From contig DATAHB010000004.1 of the NCBI GenBank assembly GCA_036263375.1, positions 1 to 42,828 on the forward strand: a DNA stretch of 42,828 bases. Direction: 5' to 3'. Made by a program: the position numbers and the translations under genes. The notes beneath the pieces were generated by a model. The model was not told where the DNA came from and made no database searches. It was given only the letters and a program-made list of their open reading frames with translations. Within the stretch, counting starts at the first letter, position 1. Every line of letters begins with the position of its first letter. Shown piece after piece: positions 38,257-42,828 of this stretch. Origin of the DNA: Rhabdochlamydiaceae bacterium. GTDB lineage: Bacteria; Chlamydiota; Chlamydiia; Chlamydiales; Rhabdochlamydiaceae.

Positions 38257-39579
38257 ATGAGAAGAAACCTGTTCGGGCGAATCGACGGAGAGAACAGGTT
38301 TTCCTCCAAAAGATTCAACTCGCAAAAAGCGTGATTTGCCATATCCCGGAATTTGATTATGGAGTCCATCAAAAGAATCAAAGTGGATCACCCAATTTCC
38401 TTTGGATTCATCTATAACGATTGACTCACCCCACTTTAAATGGTAAACCTCTTTTTTCGTCTCCTCCACCAAATGCACGCGCGCAACCTTAGCTGAGATT
38501 CTGAAGCGAATCTTACCACAATGCTCGATAGGGTCATAGGTATGCGTTGTCACAAGATAGGTGACTTGTTCAGGGGTCTCTTCATAAAGTCTCCACTTAT
38601 TTTTAAGGCTCTCAGAGTTTTGTTTCTTTCCTTTATTCTCATCCACATGAAATTCAGCAGTGCTCGGCACAATTTTCCATCCTGGCCCTGCCTTCAAAAA
38701 ATACGGTTTGTCAATCATTGAGTGTCCGGCTCCGCCCCCTGCGAGTTCGCGGGAATTTTGAGTGAACTGACAGGAGGTGATTGTTTCTGTTTCTCTGACT
38801 TCCCGCTTTCTGGTGTAATAAATGGTGATCTTACCGGGAGATTCTGGCAAAAGATAAAGCGAGCCTTGGTAGTGATAGAATGATTGTACAGGCCAAAGCG
38901 AGGTCCACACATTTTTTTCCTCGTAAGGGATGCTAACATCAAAACTGGCCATTCTTATCCCAGACACTGTTTTGTCTCCAAGGGGAAATAGCTCATGGAG
39001 AGGGATCGAAAATGCAATTTCAGGCTGGCTATGGATGGAAGGATATTCTTTTCCCTTGAAAACGAGAGTCGGTTTAATTTTAGAATTGGAAAGGACGGGA
39101 AAATTTCCGACGCATTTGATGAGAATGTTAGAGGAGTTATTAGAAGGAGCGACAAAACTGGGGAAAAAGGCGGTCAGCTTAGGCCGCGTATCAATGATGG
39201 GCAAACTATTAAAGACCGCTTTAGCTTCATAGGCTAGCCTTTGCATTTCCTGACTCTGCAGCTCTCTTGTCCATCCATGAACAATTTTATCAACGGTGGC
39301 TAATAAACCTTGAGCTTTTTTATCAACCTTGTTCACTGTCAAATGCATTTCTGATTCATAGACATTTTGTATGCCATCTAAAGATAACTCGATATGCTTG
39401 AATAATTCGATCTGTTGCATGGTCAGCCCGGAAAAACCGTCTGACATCAACCCTTTTGCTTTGAGATGAGCGCCTGCCATCACTTTTTCAACAGCTTCAC
39501 TCAATTTGTCGACTTTCTTATCAAAATAATAACCGTCTATAACTCCTTCAACAACTTCTGCAACAGCACCAACGCCCAT
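38239..39579 (-). CDS. Hypothetical protein (helical N-terminus, beta-rich C-terminus)
   Basis: 446-aa ORF with GAGGAG RBS; no recognised family. Confidence 0.8.
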   Translation of the reverse strand: MGVGAVAEVVEGVIDGYYFDKKVDKLSEAVEKVMAGAHLKAKGLMSDGFSGLTMQQIELFKHIELSLDGIQNVYESEMHLTVNKVDKKAQGLLATVDKIVHGWTRELQSQEMQRLAYEAKAVFNSLPIIDTRPKLTAFFPSFVAPSNNSSNILIKCVGNFPVLSNSKIKPTLVFKGKEYPSIHSQPEIAFSIPLHELFPLGDKTVSGIRMASFDVSIPYEEKNVWTSLWPVQSFYHYQGSLYLLPESPGKITIYYTRKREVRETETITSCQFTQNSRELAGGGAGHSMIDKPYFLKAGPGWKIVPSTAEFHVDENKGKKQNSESLKNKWRLYEETPEQVTYLVTTHTYDPIEHCGKIRFRISAKVARVHLVEETKKEVYHLKWGESIVIDESKGNWVIHFDSFDGLHNQIPGYGKSRFLRVESFGGKPVLSVDSPEQVSSHYTTVG

Positions 39580-39631
39580 GCTTTTCTCCTCAAAAGCAAA
39601 TATGCTAAAGTTTATTTGAATGAAAAGCTAT

Positions 39632-39669
39632 AAAAAACCCCTCTCCGGCTTCCCGAAGAGGGGTTTTAT
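39632..39669 (-). terminator. Terminator downstream of npt1 (potentially bidirectional)
   Basis: AAAACCCCTCT...AGAGGGGTTTT. Confidence 0.85.
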
Positions 39670-39688
39670 TTATTGCCTGAACAGTCAA

Positions 39689-41254
39689 CTACTGTTGAGG
39701 AGCTTTTGCGAGTTCCGGAGTCGCAGCGGAAGCTTGGGCTTTCGCTTGCTCTTTCTCTGTAGTGAGTTTGCCATACAGCTTTCCAAGAGACTTCGCGCTA
39801 TAGATCCATACGAAGATAATCAAGAAGAGGATGCCGGCAACGTACGGAGTGATCGCTGCAAGAGATCCTAATGCGATGATGAGCCCTTGGTTGATCAAGG
39901 CGCCGCCGGACTTACCCAAACGGGCACCGACGACGTCGATGGCGGCTTTTCCTTTGACTTTAGACTCTTGGTCAAGAGGGACATAGGCCATCTCTTTAGT
40001 CGGATCAAACAGAGAGTACTTAGTCGACTTACTCATGATGTTTTGAGCTTGTCCAAAGAGAACAGCCAAGACCACAGGAGAAAGGCCCATCATGTAAGGA
40101 GCGAGCTGCTCTCTGAAGATGATGAAGGCAAAGAAGCCGATACCAGTCACTAAGAGGACGATCGGAGTAATCAAAGCTCCTTTTGTCCAACCGAAGCGGC
40201 GGATGACGTTACCGCCGACGAACAACATCATAAATAATGTCACGGCTCCGGTCAGTGTCGAGAAGTTGCCCATGAAGGCGCTATATTCGTTCGTATTACC
40301 TTTAACCATGAGTTTAATTTGATCTTTCCAGGTAACTTCCACGAGCTGGATCGCAATCCCGTACGAAAGAACAATGAGGGCCAGCAAACGGATATAGCGA
40401 GATCCGGCCAAAAACTTGAAGCTTTCGCCCAAGGACATTTTTGGCTTTTCTTTCTTCGCTTTCTGCTGTTCTGCAGGATCGTAAAAACGGGTATCTGTCA
40501 AAACATTTTTGTTAATCCACCAGTAGATTCCAATGATGCAAAGAGCTGAAAAAACGACCATCATTGTGAGATAGTTTAGGGTAACGCCGAAGGCATCGAC
40601 ACCGGCTTCCACTTTCAAATGGAAATTTGAGAAGTAGACGATCAAGGGGCCAGAGATCAACATCGCGAGGTTGCCGCCAAGGCCAAAAACGTTATAGAAA
40701 CGTTTTGCTTCGGAAGTGCGCGTTGTATCGTTGGCAAACCCCCAGAAAAGCAATGAAAGAGCCACACTCCCCCAGAGTTCGGACATAATGTAGAACAAGG
40801 CAAATGTCCAGTTACGGAGGTTCGCAACAAACCCTTTAAATCCTTGAGGCAAGAATGCTTGCAGTTGGTCTGCCATCGCTGTTGGATGAAGCGCTTCGCG
40901 GTTGGGATAAAGAATCAAAGCAAAAACAGCAAAAAATCCCATGAAGATCGAGATCATGGTATAAAATAATTTGGGTTTGCTAAAAATGTTGCTTAATTTG
41001 GAATAGAATAACATAAATAAAATGGCAAAAGGCAGAACCCCCCATAATTTCAAGAAAGGAATTGCTTCTGCGCCGGAACCTGGAGCATTAACAATTAAAG
41101 AATCCTTTGTATCTCTCAAAATTGTGTAATTAAAGTTAATAAAGAAAAATAAGAGAGCCATGGGGATAAACTTTTTCAGTTCATACGCATGAATAGGCCA
41201 TAAAAAAGACCTCCACTTCCCAAATTTGGGTGTCTGGTTCGTTGCTGTTGACAT
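39689..41254 (-). CDS. npt1: ATP/ADP translocase (NTT/TLC family)
   Basis: FNYTILRDTKD, ELWGS...LLFWGFAN, KYSLFDPTKEMAY and GKAAIDVVGARLGKSGG; start 41254 follows GAGG. Confidence 0.95.
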   Translation of the reverse strand: MSTATNQTPKFGKWRSFLWPIHAYELKKFIPMALLFFFINFNYTILRDTKDSLIVNAPGSGAEAIPFLKLWGVLPFAILFMLFYSKLSNIFSKPKLFYTMISIFMGFFAVFALILYPNREALHPTAMADQLQAFLPQGFKGFVANLRNWTFALFYIMSELWGSVALSLLFWGFANDTTRTSEAKRFYNVFGLGGNLAMLISGPLIVYFSNFHLKVEAGVDAFGVTLNYLTMMVVFSALCIIGIYWWINKNVLTDTRFYDPAEQQKAKKEKPKMSLGESFKFLAGSRYIRLLALIVLSYGIAIQLVEVTWKDQIKLMVKGNTNEYSAFMGNFSTLTGAVTLFMMLFVGGNVIRRFGWTKGALITPIVLLVTGIGFFAFIIFREQLAPYMMGLSPVVLAVLFGQAQNIMSKSTKYSLFDPTKEMAYVPLDQESKVKGKAAIDVVGARLGKSGGALINQGLIIALGSLAAITPYVAGILFLIIFVWIYSAKSLGKLYGKLTTEKEQAKAQASAATPELAKAPQQ

Positions 41255-41452
41255 TTGTACTTCCTCTGGTGTTATAAAACTCTCCCCTTCAAGCATCTAA
41301 ACAAGTCTAGAGCCTCTTTTAGGGAGGATGATTAAAAATTCTCGCAAGAGTCTAGCATTTTAGCAGATTTCTTTGTTTTTTCAAGGGATAAAATCAAACC
41401 GGGAGAGAAAAACCAACTTTTGAATTCATTTGTGTATAAGAGTATCATTAAG

Positions 41453-41489
41453 AAAAAAGCCGTCTAAAGAAATTTCTTGAGACGGCTTT
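41453..41489 (-). terminator. Terminator downstream of the CT066-like gene
   Basis: AAAGCCGTCT...AGACGGCTTT with a T run on the minus strand. Confidence 0.8.
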
Positions 41490-41503
41490 AGAGAATTGAA
41501 AAT

Positions 41504-42028
41504 TTATTTTGCCAGATTACTAAACAGCTCGCTGTTTTGGATAGCTTGCTGAGCATTAATAGATTCGACATAAGCATTCCACATCTCTTGCTCGACTTTA
41601 TTATGGCGAATTGAAGCAATGAGCTCGCGTTTGCATGTTGCTAGTGAACGCTTGGGGCTCAGCACCGATACCATCTCTTTGTCGCCGGCAAGACGGGCGA
41701 TATGAAGCATTCTTTCGAGTTGGTTGCGGGTAAACGTGAATTGATCACGACGCTTGCGGGAACCGCGAGCCGCGCGAGACTTGGGAGCTACCATTCCAGG
41801 ACGATCGGCGTTAATAATAAACTTCTCGATCATGGCACCTAATTCGCCTGGTTGTTTAGTTTTCATTTTCTTTAAAGTAAAGTGGTGCATGTAACCGCCG
41901 GTTGTCATCGGAATATAACGGCAAATATCATTTTCTCTTTTGGCTCCGACTTTCTTAATTGCACGAGCAATAACTTCTTCAACTTCTTTAAGATTTTTAG
42001 TTTTAGGCTCTACAGTTTCATGACTCAT
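41504..42028 (-). CDS. ddbA: Chlamydiae-specific basic DNA-binding protein (CT066/DdbA-like)
   Basis: GGYMHHFTL and RAARGSRKRRD; lies between npt1 and ytgA, like CT065-CT066-CT067. Confidence 0.75.
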   Translation of the reverse strand: MSHETVEPKTKNLKEVEEVIARAIKKVGAKRENDICRYIPMTTGGYMHHFTLKKMKTKQPGELGAMIEKFIINADRPGMVAPKSRAARGSRKRRDQFTFTRNQLERMLHIARLAGDKEMVSVLSPKRSLATCKRELIASIRHNKVEQEMWNAYVESINAQQAIQNSELFSNLAK

Positions 42029-42225
42029 CCGCTTCTCCTTTTATAAATAACGTTTTGTTTTTACGGCAGTTTATAAAAAGCGATAATATTTTTGCAAGCT
42101 CCTCTTTTAAATTAATTACTCTCTCCTCTAATGAAAAGCTCGCCTCCAGGGACTGTCCACAAACTAAGGTTTCTGTCTCTTTTAGTGTTCTTTTGCGCCT
42201 ATTTTTGATTTAAATTTGGGAGATA

Positions 42226-42390
42226 ATGAACCTGGCCTTTGATTCTTAATAAATGCTTTTCGAACCTTTTCTTTCTATTTTCACTGCCACTTCTTGGTCT
42301 ACTTATTCAAGTATGCCCTATGAAGCCGTATTGAAAATAGAAAAAAAATCCTTCAAAAATCATTTATTAAGAATCAAAGGATAGGTTCAT
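42226..42390. mobile_element. 165-bp palindromic element/MITE, ATGAACCTATCC family
   Basis: 30-bp terminal IR with 2 mismatches; core 42290-42325 matches the reverse complement of 21509-21544 at 31/36. Confidence 0.88.
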
Positions 42391-42437
42391 ATACGCAAGT
42401 TGATATTGACTCCTTCATTTAAATTGAAAATGAACGC

Positions 42438-42501
42438 ATACCCAAGGAATATGAAAAATGGGCGCGCTTCAAGAGCCAATTTTTCATGTTCCTTGGGTAT
42501 A
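42438..42501. mobile_element. ~64-bp TATAC-type palindrome
   Basis: ATACCCAAGGAATATGAAAAAT...ATTTTTCATGTTCCTTGGGTAT. Confidence 0.75.
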
Positions 42502-42571
42502 TCCTCTTTGAGGGCAGTCTCTCATGATCTTTGTTCAAAATATTTTGTTTTTCGGATAGAATAGCTTGAAC

Positions 42572-42828
42572 ATGCGATACCTTCTTTGCGTTTTTTTATT
42601 ATTGGCCTCTGCTGGCTGCCAAAACACGCCTTCAAAATTAGAAGACTGGATGACGCCCAGCTTTCGCATCAAAGTTCTTTCGACAACAACGATAATCGAT
42701 ACGATTGTCTCCCAGGTTGGTAGAGAAAAGATCGCTCCCTTGGCGTTGATTGAAGGGGCCATGGATCCGCATAGCTATGAGCTTGTGAAAGGAGATGCCG
42801 AAAAGTTCACCTATGCTGAGGTGATCTT
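42572..42828 (+). CDS. ytgA: Metal ABC transporter substrate-binding lipoprotein YtgA/TroA (5' part, runs off window)
   Basis: Own translation gives MRYLLCVFLLLASAGC (lipobox)...KVLSTT...MDPHSYE; synteny with npt1 and CT066. Confidence 0.88.
   Translation, partial: MRYLLCVFLLLASAGCQNTPSKLEDWMTPSFRIKVLSTTTIIDTIVSQVGREKIAPLALIEGAMDPHSYELVKGDAEKFTYAEVI

Noticed and set aside
42535-42762. 75-aa minus-strand ORF
   Set aside because: Antisense to ytgA, which the ORF track missed because it runs off the window.

Overview
This window is from an environmental Chlamydiota genome. The evidence is synteny and gene content: ftsK-yycJ, serS-VIT1-P1B ATPase, a fused E1 alpha/beta subunit, UPF0158, CIRCE-hrcA-grpE-dnaK, and npt1-CT066(ddbA)-ytgA. 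Core blocks alternate with accessory patches. These carry a 1708-aa Gly-rich autotransporter, an Inc-like pseudogene, exported GyrI-like/Sel1/TraB proteins, duplicated small secreted proteins, a Schlafen-AlbA/HATPase/HTH gene plus a P-loop kinase, and several orphans. Two non-coding signals stand out. (1) There are two families of miniature palindromic elements, ATGAACCTATCC...GGATAGGTTCAT and TATAC...GTATA. Copies keep their termini and self-complementarity while the arm sequences differ. In the first family a 36-bp core is also conserved. Two copies have reconstructable empty sites at gene junctions. (2) Accessory blocks are repeatedly bracketed by ~60-bp diverged copies of the 3' end of the adjacent gene. 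No rRNA, tRNA, CRISPR array, integrase or transposase was recognised. All family assignments come from motif recognition by eye, not database searches.
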